Of a stretch of 64,000 bases of DNA, positions 17,395 through 26,572 are shown in pieces (position 1 is the first letter of the stretch; each line of letters begins with the position of its first letter). Below the pieces are notes generated by a model. That model saw only the letters and a program-made list of their open reading frames with translations. It made no database searches and had not been told where the DNA came from. The stretch lies in assembly GCA_046348685.1 (NCBI GenBank), contig JAXMDT010000003.1:131749-195748 (forward strand), given 5' to 3'. The DNA is from Rickettsiales bacterium (GTDB lineage: Bacteria > Pseudomonadota > Alphaproteobacteria > Rickettsiales > UBA998). Made by a program: the position numbers and the translations under genes.

Positions 17395-18558
17395 CTAAAT
17401 ACGCTGCAGGATAGCAATTGTCAGATCGTCCTCGACGCAGTCGTCACCGGTTGTTTCATAAAAAGCAGAAAGGATTGCCGTGAGCATCGTTTGCGGCGAC
17501 ATGGTTTTATTAAAGCGCTGGCATGTCGCCAGTAACCCAGACTCATCGAAAGCCTGATTTCCGACGCGTTGCTTTTCAATCAAGGCATCGCTGTAAGTGA
17601 TGAGTGTATCAAGCAACTGGAAGGGAGTGGACTGAGTTTTGTAAATGGTGTTTTCCTTGACGCTAAGCGGTAACCCATTGCCGCTCAACACGCGCAGGTT
17701 ACCGCCGGATTCTAAAATAATAGCGTTAGTGCTCGCTGCAACAGCATAATCAAGGCGGCTTTCAAGCAGGTTGATAACGCCATAAAACATGGTGGCAAAC
17801 TCCCGAGTCATCAGGATTTCGTGCAGATAATTATTCAACTCCGTCAGATAGTCGCCGGGACGGTTATGTAATGGCAATTTTGATTCAATCAATGTGTGCA
17901 GCCTGAATGTATTCATCGCGGCCATGACGCCGTGGCCGGCAAAATCAACTTGGTAAAGCGCGATTTCATGTTCGCTTATTTTTTTTATGCCCCAGAGATC
18001 GCCGCTCAATTCTTCAGAGGCAACAAAATGCGATGCTATTTTTAAATTAAAAAAATCTTCTAGCTTTGCAATGGATTCTTTACTGGGAAGAATGGACATT
18101 TGCATGGAAATTGCTTGCGAAAGTTCACTTTCCGTGCGTTCCTGATGCTGCAGCAGATTACGCTGTAAAATGCGGTTCTCCAGATGCACTGTGGCGCGTG
18201 CGATCAACTCCGCCGGGGAGATCGGTTTCAAAATAAGGTCTGTAGCGCCGGCGGCAAAGGCTTGCGTATGTTTTTCAGTGTCGGCCAGTGCTGTTTGCAC
18301 AATGACAGGCGTTGTATCATAGGGTGAAATACTGCGAATTTTCTTAAGGTAATCATACCCATCCATGCGCGGCATGATTAGGTCCAGCACAACGAGGTCC
18401 GGATTGAGTTTTACCGTTTGCTCAATGCCTTCTATGCCGTCGTTCGCAAAATAAACAGACTGGTACCCGGCATCCGAAAATATGCCGCTAATAATCGAAC
18501 GCCCTATGGCGGAATCTTCAATGACAAGAATTTTAGTAGCCTGATTGAAGGGCTGCAT
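17395..18558 (-). CDS. Response-regulator receiver fused to PP2C/SpoIIE serine phosphatase (RsbU-like)
   Basis: REC domain: 'KILVIEDSAIG...VVLDLIMPRMDG...LKP'. SpoIIE domain: 'SGDLWGI...DFAGHGVMAAM', 'ATMFYGVI', 'ITYSDALIE', 'EDDLTIAIL'. Confidence 0.85.
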   Translation of the reverse strand: MQPFNQATKILVIEDSAIGRSIISGIFSDAGYQSVYFANDGIEGIEQTVKLNPDLVVLDLIMPRMDGYDYLKKIRSISPYDTTPVIVQTALADTEKHTQAFAAGATDLILKPISPAELIARATVHLENRILQRNLLQHQERTESELSQAISMQMSILPSKESIAKLEDFFNLKIASHFVASEELSGDLWGIKKISEHEIALYQVDFAGHGVMAAMNTFRLHTLIESKLPLHNRPGDYLTELNNYLHEILMTREFATMFYGVINLLESRLDYAVAASTNAIILESGGNLRVLSGNGLPLSVKENTIYKTQSTPFQLLDTLITYSDALIEKQRVGNQAFDESGLLATCQRFNKTMSPQTMLTAILSAFYETTGDDCVEDDLTIAILQRI

Positions 18559-18560
18559 CG

Positions 18561-18866
18561 TCAGGACGCGATTGAAAACACTTTATCCAGCTGGGCCACT
18601 TCAAACATCTTTTTAACTTGCCCTTGTGGATTGTGCACGACCAGGGCTACCGATTTCTGGTCACATTTCTCTTTTAGCAAAAGCAGCATGCCGATGCCGG
18701 ATGAGTCGATGAACTCTAATTCCGCCAGATGCACGTTCACCTGCTTTGGTGCCGCTTGCTCCAGACGTTGGAACACGTCTTGAAAATGTTTGTAGTCGGC
18801 AAAGGTCAATTTGCCTTTAAACGTCATTGCGGTTGCATTTTCTGAGAAATTTTCTGCCAGTTCCAT
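18561..18866 (-). CDS. STAS-domain anti-sigma-factor antagonist (SpoIIAA/RsbV-like)
   Basis: 'LEFIDSSGIGMLLLLKE' carries the phosphorylatable DSSG serine motif. Start moved to ATG 18864-18866, preceded by GAGGTGG (listed start 18884). The stop lies 2 nt before the REC-PP2C start. Confidence 0.85.
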   Translation of the reverse strand: MELAENFSENATAMTFKGKLTFADYKHFQDVFQRLEQAAPKQVNVHLAELEFIDSSGIGMLLLLKEKCDQKSVALVVHNPQGQVKKMFEVAQLDKVFSIAS

Positions 18867-19043
18867 ATTTTCCACCTCTAACATTGTCGCGGATGAACAT
18901 TAATTTAGTCTTACCAAAAACAACATCTCGTTGAAAAAATTACAAAAGATCACATTAATATAGTATTTTAAGAACCGTCTATTCCATTGAGCATCAATCA
19001 TTCTTCTGTTACCACAAAGCATTGCAATGTGGGGAGTGTATCT

Positions 19044-20084
19044 ATGCAATATCGTAAGCTCGGCACCACGGATATTTCAGTTAGCCTGATCTGTTTAGGA
19101 ACGATGACCTGGGGTGAGCAGAATACGGAAGCAGATGCCCATGCGCAAATGGATTATGCGACAGGCGAGGGCGTGAATTTTTTCGACGCGGCGGAAATGT
19201 ACCCTGTGCCACCACGCGCAGAAACGCAGGGTGCGACGGAGCGTTTTATAGGCTCTTGGCTGAAGGCACGTGGCAAGCGTGATAAAGTCATCCTTGCGAC
19301 TAAAGTAGTTGGACCGGACGAAGGTTTTAAACATGTGCGCGGTGAAATGCCACGCCTAAATAAAGATCATATCCACCGCGCTTTGGATGCGAGCCTAATG
19401 CGCCTGCAAACGGATTATATCGATCTTTATCAACTCCATTGGCCAGAGCGTACGACAAATTATTTCGGCCAGCTCGGTTACCGCCACGTAGATAATGAAG
19501 ACACTGTCAGTCTTGAGGAATCTTTGCATGTGCTGCATGAGATTGTTCGAAGCGGCAAAGTACGCGCCATTGGTATTTCCAATGAAACGCCGTGGGGAAT
19601 GATGACATTTCTCAAATTATCCGAGACCAAAAAATATACGCGTATCGTCAGCATTCAGAATCCTTATAACTTGCTGAACCGGAGTTTTGAAGTCGGACTT
19701 GCGGAGTGCTCCATGCGTGAAGGGTGTAGGCTTCTTGCTTACTCACCCATGGCGTTCGGCATGCTGAGTGGAAAATATATCGGTGGCACCAGGCCGCCCA
19801 AGTCTCGGCTCACATTGTTCTCGCGTTTCCAGCGTTACACAAATCCGCTGGGGCAGGCGGCGACGGAGCGTTATGTGGAATTGGCGCGTCGCTATGAACT
19901 CAGTCCGGCGCAAATGAGCTTGGCTTTCATTAATCAAAAGCCTTTTGTCACCAGCACAATTATCGGTGCGACGACTTTGGAGCAGCTTAAAGAGAATATT
20001 GACAGCGTGAATGTGAAATTATCGGACGAGGTGCTGGCGGAGATTGATGCGATTCATCAGGATATACCCAATCCTTGTCCCTGA
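19044..20084 (+). CDS. tas: Aldo/keto reductase, Tas family
   Basis: 'MQYRKLGTTDISVSLICLGTMTWGEQNTEADAHAQMDYATGEGVNFFDAAEMYPVPPRAETQG' is close to E. coli Tas. Starting at ATG 19044 after GGGGAG gives 346 aa. Confidence 0.85.
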   Translation: MQYRKLGTTDISVSLICLGTMTWGEQNTEADAHAQMDYATGEGVNFFDAAEMYPVPPRAETQGATERFIGSWLKARGKRDKVILATKVVGPDEGFKHVRGEMPRLNKDHIHRALDASLMRLQTDYIDLYQLHWPERTTNYFGQLGYRHVDNEDTVSLEESLHVLHEIVRSGKVRAIGISNETPWGMMTFLKLSETKKYTRIVSIQNPYNLLNRSFEVGLAECSMREGCRLLAYSPMAFGMLSGKYIGGTRPPKSRLTLFSRFQRYTNPLGQAATERYVELARRYELSPAQMSLAFINQKPFVTSTIIGATTLEQLKENIDSVNVKLSDEVLAEIDAIHQDIPNPCP

Positions 20085-21718
20085 TGATCCGTACGGGCGA
20101 AATTCCAGCATATCTCAGTTTGCGGTAATGCAAAGGCGGGTGTGACAACCAGTTGTTGCGTTTTTTGCGGCTTACCGTAGTAGCCGAGATAAACACTCTC
20201 TTCTACGGATACAGTATGATATCCTTCAATTGTAAACTTCCACGTGGATCCTTTCACAGAAGTTAAAACTACGTGTTTATTGTCCGGATGCTGGCAACGT
20301 ATATCGGGGTGCAGATGAAATCGTAGATAAATTTTTGCATCCCGCGGGCGATCAAATCCTTGTTCAGGTGTCAGGATATCGCGGCCTCGAATTTCACTTC
20401 CATCGTTTTTCAGAGTAAGCGAGCGTTGATGCACAATGCCGCCAAGGGAACACTGTATATATTGCTCGGAAACTGCGTGCGCATGACCATCGCGCTTTTC
20501 GAGAAGATTTTCCATCAGGCTCAATCCGGCTTTTTTATCGTTTTCCGGCAAAGGCGGCGGAATGAGCATTGTATTTTGCAGACTGATTTCCTGCTTTTTG
20601 ACTTCGATTGAAGCAGAGCTATGAGCGGATGCCTGACGGGTTGCGTGACGCCATTGAGGATGGACTCCAAGGAAGTAACCGCAATTGACGACAACTCTTT
20701 CGATCCGGTCACTGAATTCAAAACTATTGATATACTCGGCATCATCTGGATCGGTGCGCGTTGGTCTTCCGGCAAAAAGCAAAGTTACTTCACCACCTTC
20801 CAGACGGAAAAATCCGCTATGCACGCCCAATGCAAACGCAGGTTCGCTAACGCCGGCTAATTGCGCTACGCGAGCAATGATAGCGGCATCTTCCATCAGA
20901 TTGCCATTGAACAGCGCCAGGCGATTGTCGCCATGACGCAGCATCAGCAGCATGGATGCCATACGCTGAATCATGTTCTGCAATACATCGGAAGTAACTT
21001 CCACTTCAGCTAAAGACTGGCGAATTTCGAGCAGGACAACCAATAACCGGAGTTGCTCAGAAGCATTGCGCGAAATATGCATGCCATCGGGCAGCACTGT
21101 TTGTTTCAGTGTCTGCTCAAGCATATTGATGATCGACGGAATCAAAAAGTGCAGCTCGTGAAATACGCAGGCGCCTGCAACCAGGCCTTGTAGGGCGTAG
21201 CAAGATAGTCCTTCATTATGTCGTTTGAGTCGATAGAGATGGCGTATTTCGCTGATGATTTTACGAAGGAAGCATTTACGGAATTTGAGGCTGCCGCCTT
21301 TAAGCAGAAAATAACGATGCGTCAGCCAGGATGCGACGCGCATGCCTATAACGTCGGCATCAAAAGCTGCAGCAGGTAGTGCTTGTGCGTTTTGAGTGAA
21401 ACCATAGACAAACTCGCGTCCTAAACTGGATGCAATTTTGTTCGTGTGCGAAATGGCAATATCGCGCAGCCAGCGAAAAGAGTAGAAGTCGCGATACCAG
21501 CCGTCACTTGCCTGATCGCTCTGCCAGATGATACGACCGGGTATTTCGATCGAGCTGCCGGAAAAATCAAAGCGTCGTTTAAGAAGTTTCTTGCTTTCCG
21601 GCGTGCTTGGCGGCCATAGCGGAGAAAGGTTTTCGCCTTCATCGAGCAGGCGTACCGCCAATTTTGGACTGCCTGCGGATATGTAAAGCTTCAGAAAACG
21701 TAACGATGCAAGCGGCAT
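20057..21718 (-). CDS. Heparinase II/III-like family protein (conserved alphaproteobacterial protein of unknown role)
   Basis: 553 aa. 'FYSFRWLRDI' resembles the family N-domain motif, and I recall a similar gene sitting near rsmB in Rhizobiales. Family assignment is tentative. It overlaps the tas 3' end by 28 nt. Confidence 0.45.
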   Translation of the reverse strand: MPLASLRFLKLYISAGSPKLAVRLLDEGENLSPLWPPSTPESKKLLKRRFDFSGSSIEIPGRIIWQSDQASDGWYRDFYSFRWLRDIAISHTNKIASSLGREFVYGFTQNAQALPAAAFDADVIGMRVASWLTHRYFLLKGGSLKFRKCFLRKIISEIRHLYRLKRHNEGLSCYALQGLVAGACVFHELHFLIPSIINMLEQTLKQTVLPDGMHISRNASEQLRLLVVLLEIRQSLAEVEVTSDVLQNMIQRMASMLLMLRHGDNRLALFNGNLMEDAAIIARVAQLAGVSEPAFALGVHSGFFRLEGGEVTLLFAGRPTRTDPDDAEYINSFEFSDRIERVVVNCGYFLGVHPQWRHATRQASAHSSASIEVKKQEISLQNTMLIPPPLPENDKKAGLSLMENLLEKRDGHAHAVSEQYIQCSLGGIVHQRSLTLKNDGSEIRGRDILTPEQGFDRPRDAKIYLRFHLHPDIRCQHPDNKHVVLTSVKGSTWKFTIEGYHTVSVEESVYLGYYGKPQKTQQLVVTPAFALPQTEICWNFARTDHQGQGLGIS

Positions 21719-21721
21719 TTT

Positions 21722-22294
21722 TTATGCCCCGCCCGCAAGTTCGGATTCCACCAGCTCGGCAAGAATATGCAGCGCCAACATATGCACTTCCTGCACGCGG
21801 GCGGTATCGGTGACGGGTACGGCGAATAAATGATCGGCTACGGATGTCTGGTTCTTGCCGCGCTCACCGGTCATGAGCACGGTGGTTACGCCTTTGCTGC
21901 GTGCTTTGGCGAATGCCTGCAGAATATTAGCACTGCTGCCGGAGGTAGACATGGCGATAAGCAAGTCGCCTTTCTTGGCAAGCGCTTCGATTTGCCGTGA
22001 GAAAATTTCAGTAAACCCGTAGTCATTACCAATGGCTGTAATAACCCCACTATCGGCACTGAGGGAAATAGCGGGAAGCCCAATGCGCTCACGTTTGAAC
22101 CGACCGACAAATTCGCCTGCAATATGCATTGAGTCACAAGCGCTGCCGCCATTGCCGGCAAAGAAAATGGTGCCGTTATTTTTGAGGCATTGCGCCGCCT
22201 CTGCCGCCAGGGATACCCAACGTTCGCTTTCTGTCGCAAAAAAACGCTCGGCAGCGGATTGATGTTCGGAAAGCAGGGCAGCAATCACGGACAT
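21722..22294 (-). CDS. SIS-domain protein, GmhA/DiaA family (phosphoheptose isomerase-like)
   Basis: 'GTIFFAGNGGSACDSMHIAGEFVGRF', 'ISLSADSGVITAIGNDYG', 'GDLLIAMSTSGSSANI'. Start moved to ATG 22292-22294 (MSVIAALL), 1 nt after the rpe stop. The listed 22447 extension overlaps rpe. Confidence 0.8.
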   Translation of the reverse strand: MSVIAALLSEHQSAAERFFATESERWVSLAAEAAQCLKNNGTIFFAGNGGSACDSMHIAGEFVGRFKRERIGLPAISLSADSGVITAIGNDYGFTEIFSRQIEALAKKGDLLIAMSTSGSSANILQAFAKARSKGVTTVLMTGERGKNQTSVADHLFAVPVTDTARVQEVHMLALHILAELVESELAGGA

Positions 22295-22295
22295 G

Positions 22296-22955
22296 CTATC
22301 CTCTGAGCGCCTGAATGTTAGTAGCGTAATCAGCAGGATTTCCGGTGAAAACGGCAGAGCCCGCAACGAGCATATCGGCTCCGGCGGCGATGACTTCTTT
22401 TGCCGTATCTTTATTGATGCCGCCATCGACTTCGAGCGCAATGTCACGACCTGTTGCCTGAATCATCTGACGCAGTGTAGAAATCTTCTCGAGCTGGGTG
22501 CGGATAAAGCGCTGCCCTCCGAATCCAGGGTTCACCGACATGACGAGAATAAGATCAAGTAAAGGCATTACATGCTTCAATGCTTCAACTGGGGTGCTCG
22601 GCACGAGAGAGACGCCACATTTCACGCCATTTTCCTTGATAAGGTTCAGTACGCGATCAAGATGGGTGACCGCTTCCACATGCACGGTAAGATAATCGGC
22701 GCCTGCTTTGATAAATGGCATCAACAGCACATCGACCGGCTGGATCATAAGGTGGACATCAAGCGGCTTTGAGCTATGCGGCTTGATAGCCTTTACGACA
22801 TCCGGACCAATGGTGAGATTAGGGACAAAATGTCCGTCCATCACATCGACATGTACCAAATCGGCACCTGCGGTGCAGATAGAGCGCACTTCCTCTCCCA
22901 AACGCGAGAAGTCAGCGGACAAAATGGATGGGGCGATACGAACCATATGAGACAT
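22296..22955 (-). CDS. rpe: Ribulose-phosphate 3-epimerase
   Basis: 'IAPSILSADFSRLGEEV...GADLVHVDVMDGHFVPNLTIGP', 'MSVNPGFGGQRFI', 'LEVDGGIN'. Confidence 0.9.
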   Translation of the reverse strand: MSHMVRIAPSILSADFSRLGEEVRSICTAGADLVHVDVMDGHFVPNLTIGPDVVKAIKPHSSKPLDVHLMIQPVDVLLMPFIKAGADYLTVHVEAVTHLDRVLNLIKENGVKCGVSLVPSTPVEALKHVMPLLDLILVMSVNPGFGGQRFIRTQLEKISTLRQMIQATGRDIALEVDGGINKDTAKEVIAAGADMLVAGSAVFTGNPADYATNIQALRG

Positions 22956-23021
22956 GGGGAGAAAATAGACGTGTGGTTAACAGATTGCAACGAAAGGAAC
23001 GTCTTGGTACGGCGTTTAAAC

Positions 23022-24323
23022 TTACTTTTTCTGTAAACAGATCATGAAAAACCCATCCATTCCACCTTGCGCCGCACCATAATAAGGCAATGTACGGATT
23101 CCGCCATTTGGTAAAATCCATTCCGGCGGTACGCCGAGCGATGCAAAATCGGGCTGATGGACGGAAAAAGACGCGTTTTTTGCTAAAAAAACAGAAATGA
23201 TATCTTCGCCTTCTGCTTTAAGAAGAGAACAAACACAGTATACTAGCACGCCACCGACGGGCAGTAAGTTGGCTGCATGTCCGAGAAGAGAAGATTGCAG
23301 GTCGGTTAGTTTGAAGGTGTCCTCTGGATTACGATGAAACGCAACATCGGGGTGGCGGCGCATGGTGCCTGTAGCGCTGCATGGTGCATCTAACAAAATC
23401 GCATCGATAGGCCGGTCCGGTTGAAACGTTTTCGCATCGCTAACATAAACAGTTGCTTTTAAGCCGGTTCGTTTTAGGTTTCCCTCAACACGTTTTAACC
23501 GCGATGCGGAACGATCTACCGCCAGGACTTCTGCGCCAGCTGCCGCTAGCTGCATAGTCTTTCCGCCCGGAGCGGCGCATAGATCCAGCACTGTTTTGCC
23601 TTTAATATCACCGAGCAGTTTTACTGGTAAGGCAGCGGCTGCATCCTGCACCCACCATGCGCCCTCCTGAAATCCCTTAAGGTCTTGAACGGCCTGGGCA
23701 TCTTTCAATCGCAGCGATCCGGTTGGAAGTTTTTCGGCATTGGGAAGTGTAAAAGAAGGATTGCGCAGGGAAATATCGAGCGGTGCTTCCGGAATATGTG
23801 CGGCGCTAATGGCTTCGGCGGTTTCATGGCCGTAATCCGCGATTAATGCCCGCTGTAGCCAGTCTGGAAGGTTACTAAGCGGCGAGGGTAGAGAAAGGGC
23901 ATCGCGACTGCGATTGATTTTTTTCAATACGGCATTGGCGAGGCCTGCATGTTTGGGTGAGCGACTTTGTTTAACTAAGTCAACGGTCGTATCGATGGCG
24001 GCATAATCCGGCACATCCATCCATAAAAGCTGTGCGACACCTAATGCCAGCGCATCTTCGACGGTATGCGGCAATTTTTTGTCCGGCTGGTCAAGAGAGG
24101 CTTGAACAATGGCACGGATTTCGCCGCTACGTTTAAGGCAGAGCATTAACAACTGTTTGAGGAAAGCGCGGTCACGGCCTTCTAATGCAGCGACTTCGGC
24201 CGAATCCATAGCCTGGTCGAGGGCAATATTCTTGCGCATGATGCGATGCAAGAGTAGAAGGGCGGTCCGCCGCGCATTCGCGGGTGCCTTGACAAGTTTA
24301 GGAGCAGAGTACATTCTTCCCAT
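23022..24323 (-). CDS. rsmB: 16S rRNA (cytosine967-C5)-methyltransferase RsmB/Sun
   Basis: NusB-like N-terminal domain, plus the SAM methyltransferase motifs 'VLDLCAAPGGKT', 'DAILLDAPCSATGTMRRHPD' and 'LVYCVCSL'. Confidence 0.85.
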   Translation of the reverse strand: MGRMYSAPKLVKAPANARRTALLLLHRIMRKNIALDQAMDSAEVAALEGRDRAFLKQLLMLCLKRSGEIRAIVQASLDQPDKKLPHTVEDALALGVAQLLWMDVPDYAAIDTTVDLVKQSRSPKHAGLANAVLKKINRSRDALSLPSPLSNLPDWLQRALIADYGHETAEAISAAHIPEAPLDISLRNPSFTLPNAEKLPTGSLRLKDAQAVQDLKGFQEGAWWVQDAAAALPVKLLGDIKGKTVLDLCAAPGGKTMQLAAAGAEVLAVDRSASRLKRVEGNLKRTGLKATVYVSDAKTFQPDRPIDAILLDAPCSATGTMRRHPDVAFHRNPEDTFKLTDLQSSLLGHAANLLPVGGVLVYCVCSLLKAEGEDIISVFLAKNASFSVHQPDFASLGVPPEWILPNGGIRTLPYYGAAQGGMDGFFMICLQKK

Positions 24324-24343
24324 GTTTCACCTATGGCTGCACT

Positions 24344-24493
24344 ATGGATAAAAAGCAACCGACGCCCACCCCTAAAGAATCTGGGATAAAAGAGAAAGAA
24401 AAAAGCACGCCTGACGAAGCAGGCGGTCCGAAAGGTCCAGAACCGACGCGTTATGGTGATTGGGAAAAAGCAGGACGCTGCATTGATTTCTGA
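24344..24493 (+). CDS. DUF1674 small protein (SDHAF4-like), 49 aa; absent from the supplied ORF track
   Basis: Hand translation gives MDKKQPTPTPKESGIKEKEKSTPDEAGGPKGPEPTRYGDWEKAGRCIDF*. The C-terminal 'GPEPTRYGDWE+KGRC.DF' is the DUF1674 signature. Confidence 0.75.
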   Translation: MDKKQPTPTPKESGIKEKEKSTPDEAGGPKGPEPTRYGDWEKAGRCIDF

Positions 24494-25688
24494 GAAACTA
24501 ACTTATGCCTGCTCTTGGCTGCTGATTCTGCTGCCTGTTCTGCTGCTCGCTGGTTCGGCAGCACCGGATATTGCGTGTATTGTGATCGGTCTCGGGTTTT
24601 TGGCTTATTCTGCCAGCACACGCGACTGGGCATGGTGCCGCGCCAATTGGGTAAAGTTGGTAGCCATCATCTATTTTTATATTGTCGTAAGGAGCATCTT
24701 TACGGAATTTCCTAAGGAATCGCTAGGGCGTTCGGCGCAGTGGATACGCTATCCGCTGTTGGCGGCAGCAATCTGCTACTGGCTTTATGCGCTGCCCTTA
24801 GTCAAGAAATGGCTCCCAAAGACGTTGGTCCTGGCAGTTGCCTTTTTAATCATTGATATGGGTATTCAATATGTCACCGGTTTTGATGTTATCGGCCGGT
24901 CAAGCATCATAAGTGACGGGGGGGCAATGCGTCTGACAGGTCCTTACATTGCGCCTCGATCTGGTATTACGCTGGTATGGCTGTGCTGGCCCGCTATCGC
25001 CTATTTGCTAATCAGCACCAAAAATTCCAAGGAAAAATTATGGGCTGCTCTGCTTTGGGGGGGCTGCATTGTTATTATTTTCCTCTCCGGTGAGCGGATG
25101 GCGACGCTGCTTGCGGGGCTGGGGTCGGTGTTGTTGATTTTGCTGGTGCAGGAAACGCGACGCATGGCACTATGGTTGCTTCCAGTAAGTATTTTAGCGA
25201 TTGGAGCATTGATCGCACTCAATCCCGCATTGGTCACACGTCAGGTCGATGCAACCGTAGCTGCCGCTGCTGAAGCGAAGAAATCACCATATGGTAGGCT
25301 TTGGGTGAGCAGTGCGAAGATTATTGCCGATGCTCCATTGTTCGGTGTTGGCGCTAAGCAGTTTCGTAATGTTTGCCTGAAGAATCAGTATGGCGGTTCG
25401 GATATATTGAATTGTAATCTACACCCGCATCATCTTTACCTGGAGTGGTGGGTGGAGGAGGGGCTGGTCGGCTTGCTGTTGTTTATGGCGCTGATTGTTA
25501 TTTGGACGAAAGAAGCATGGCGCTACTGGCGCATGCATACAGGAGATATCCTCTTTGTCGGGTTAATTATTGCTTGTATTGTCAAACTCTTTCCATTTTC
25601 CACCGCAATCAGTTTTTTCGTCAACTGGTCGGCCATTCCGTTTTGGCTTTTAATGGGTTGGATGCTGGCAAAAATACGAGAGGCCTAA
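24453..25688 (+). CDS. O-antigen ligase / Wzy_C-domain membrane protein
   Basis: 411 aa and polytopic. It has 'SGERMATLLAGLG' and 'HPHHLYLEWWVEEGLVGLLLF' (Wzy_C-type H-x-H-N/H...E..G..G). ATG 24453 overlaps DUF1674 by 41 nt; the in-frame TTG at 24483 is an alternative start. Confidence 0.65.
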   Translation: MVIGKKQDAALISEKLTYACSWLLILLPVLLLAGSAAPDIACIVIGLGFLAYSASTRDWAWCRANWVKLVAIIYFYIVVRSIFTEFPKESLGRSAQWIRYPLLAAAICYWLYALPLVKKWLPKTLVLAVAFLIIDMGIQYVTGFDVIGRSSIISDGGAMRLTGPYIAPRSGITLVWLCWPAIAYLLISTKNSKEKLWAALLWGGCIVIIFLSGERMATLLAGLGSVLLILLVQETRRMALWLLPVSILAIGALIALNPALVTRQVDATVAAAAEAKKSPYGRLWVSSAKIIADAPLFGVGAKQFRNVCLKNQYGGSDILNCNLHPHHLYLEWWVEEGLVGLLLFMALIVIWTKEAWRYWRMHTGDILFVGLIIACIVKLFPFSTAISFFVNWSAIPFWLLMGWMLAKIREA

Positions 25689-26471
25689 ATGCTCATTCTT
25701 CTTTCGCCTTCTAAAACACTGGATATGTCTGTACGCGATTGGAAGCTGCCCACCAGTACGCCGGCGTTACTTAAGGATACGAGCGAGCTGATGAAAAAAC
25801 TTAAAGCGCTATCGGTGAAAGACATTCAAAAGCTCATGGATGTGAGTGAAAAAATTGCAATGCTTAATGTCGAGCGCAATAAGGCATTTATAATACCATT
25901 CACGGAAAATAATGCCGTTCCTGCGCTCTTTGCTTTTAAAGGTGATGTGTATGAGCCGCTGGAAGTAGAAACCTATAGCAAAGCCGAGTTGAAATATGCG
26001 AATACGCATGTGCGCTCGCTTTCAGGTTTGTATGGGCTGCTTCGTCCGATGGATTTAATGCAGGCTTATCGGCTTGAGATGGGCGCATCGCTAAAAAACA
26101 TCCGAGGCAAGGATCTTTATGCTTTCTGGGGCGATAGAATAACTGACCTTATCAATAAAGAAGCGTCGACGCTTAAAAATCCTGTCATCGTTAATCTGGC
26201 ATCGCAGGAATATTTTAAAGCCGTACAGCCGAAAAAATTGAAATACCCGCTAATCACACCGGAGTTCAAAGAATTTAAAGCGGGCAGTTATAAGATAATA
26301 GGCATTATGGCGAAGCGAGCAAGGGGTCTGATGACAAATTATGCGATTCGCCATAACATAAGTGATGCTGATGCATTAAAAGCATTTTCAGCTGAAGGCT
26401 ATAGTTACAATAGTAAGCTTTCAACGCAAAATCAGTGGATTTTTACCCGTAAACAGAAAAAGGCCGCATAA
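25689..26471 (+). CDS. yaaA: YaaA (UPF0246) peroxide-stress protein
   Basis: 'MLILLSPSKTLD', 'AFKGDVY', 'LSGLYGLLRPMDLMQAYRLEMG...RGKDLYAFWGD' and 'VNLASQEYFKAV' are near-collinear with E. coli YaaA. Confidence 0.9.
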   Translation: MLILLSPSKTLDMSVRDWKLPTSTPALLKDTSELMKKLKALSVKDIQKLMDVSEKIAMLNVERNKAFIIPFTENNAVPALFAFKGDVYEPLEVETYSKAELKYANTHVRSLSGLYGLLRPMDLMQAYRLEMGASLKNIRGKDLYAFWGDRITDLINKEASTLKNPVIVNLASQEYFKAVQPKKLKYPLITPEFKEFKAGSYKIIGIMAKRARGLMTNYAIRHNISDADALKAFSAEGYSYNSKLSTQNQWIFTRKQKKAA

Positions 26472-26572
26472 AGATTCAATGCGGTAAAAAATTATAATAA
26501 ATCGTCAATTGATCCACGCTTGTTTACTAATTATTTAGAGTCTTCAGCCTACCATCAGGCAAAGGTAAATCT

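Noticed and set aside
20057-21718. Taking the 'heparinase II/III' family label as evidence for glycosaminoglycan degradation linked to the alginate-like cluster.
   Set aside because: The family assignment itself is tentative. As I recall, the conserved alphaproteobacterial members sit in a housekeeping neighbourhood (rsmB, rpe) and have no demonstrated heparinase activity. The gene is also 12 kb from the polysaccharide genes.
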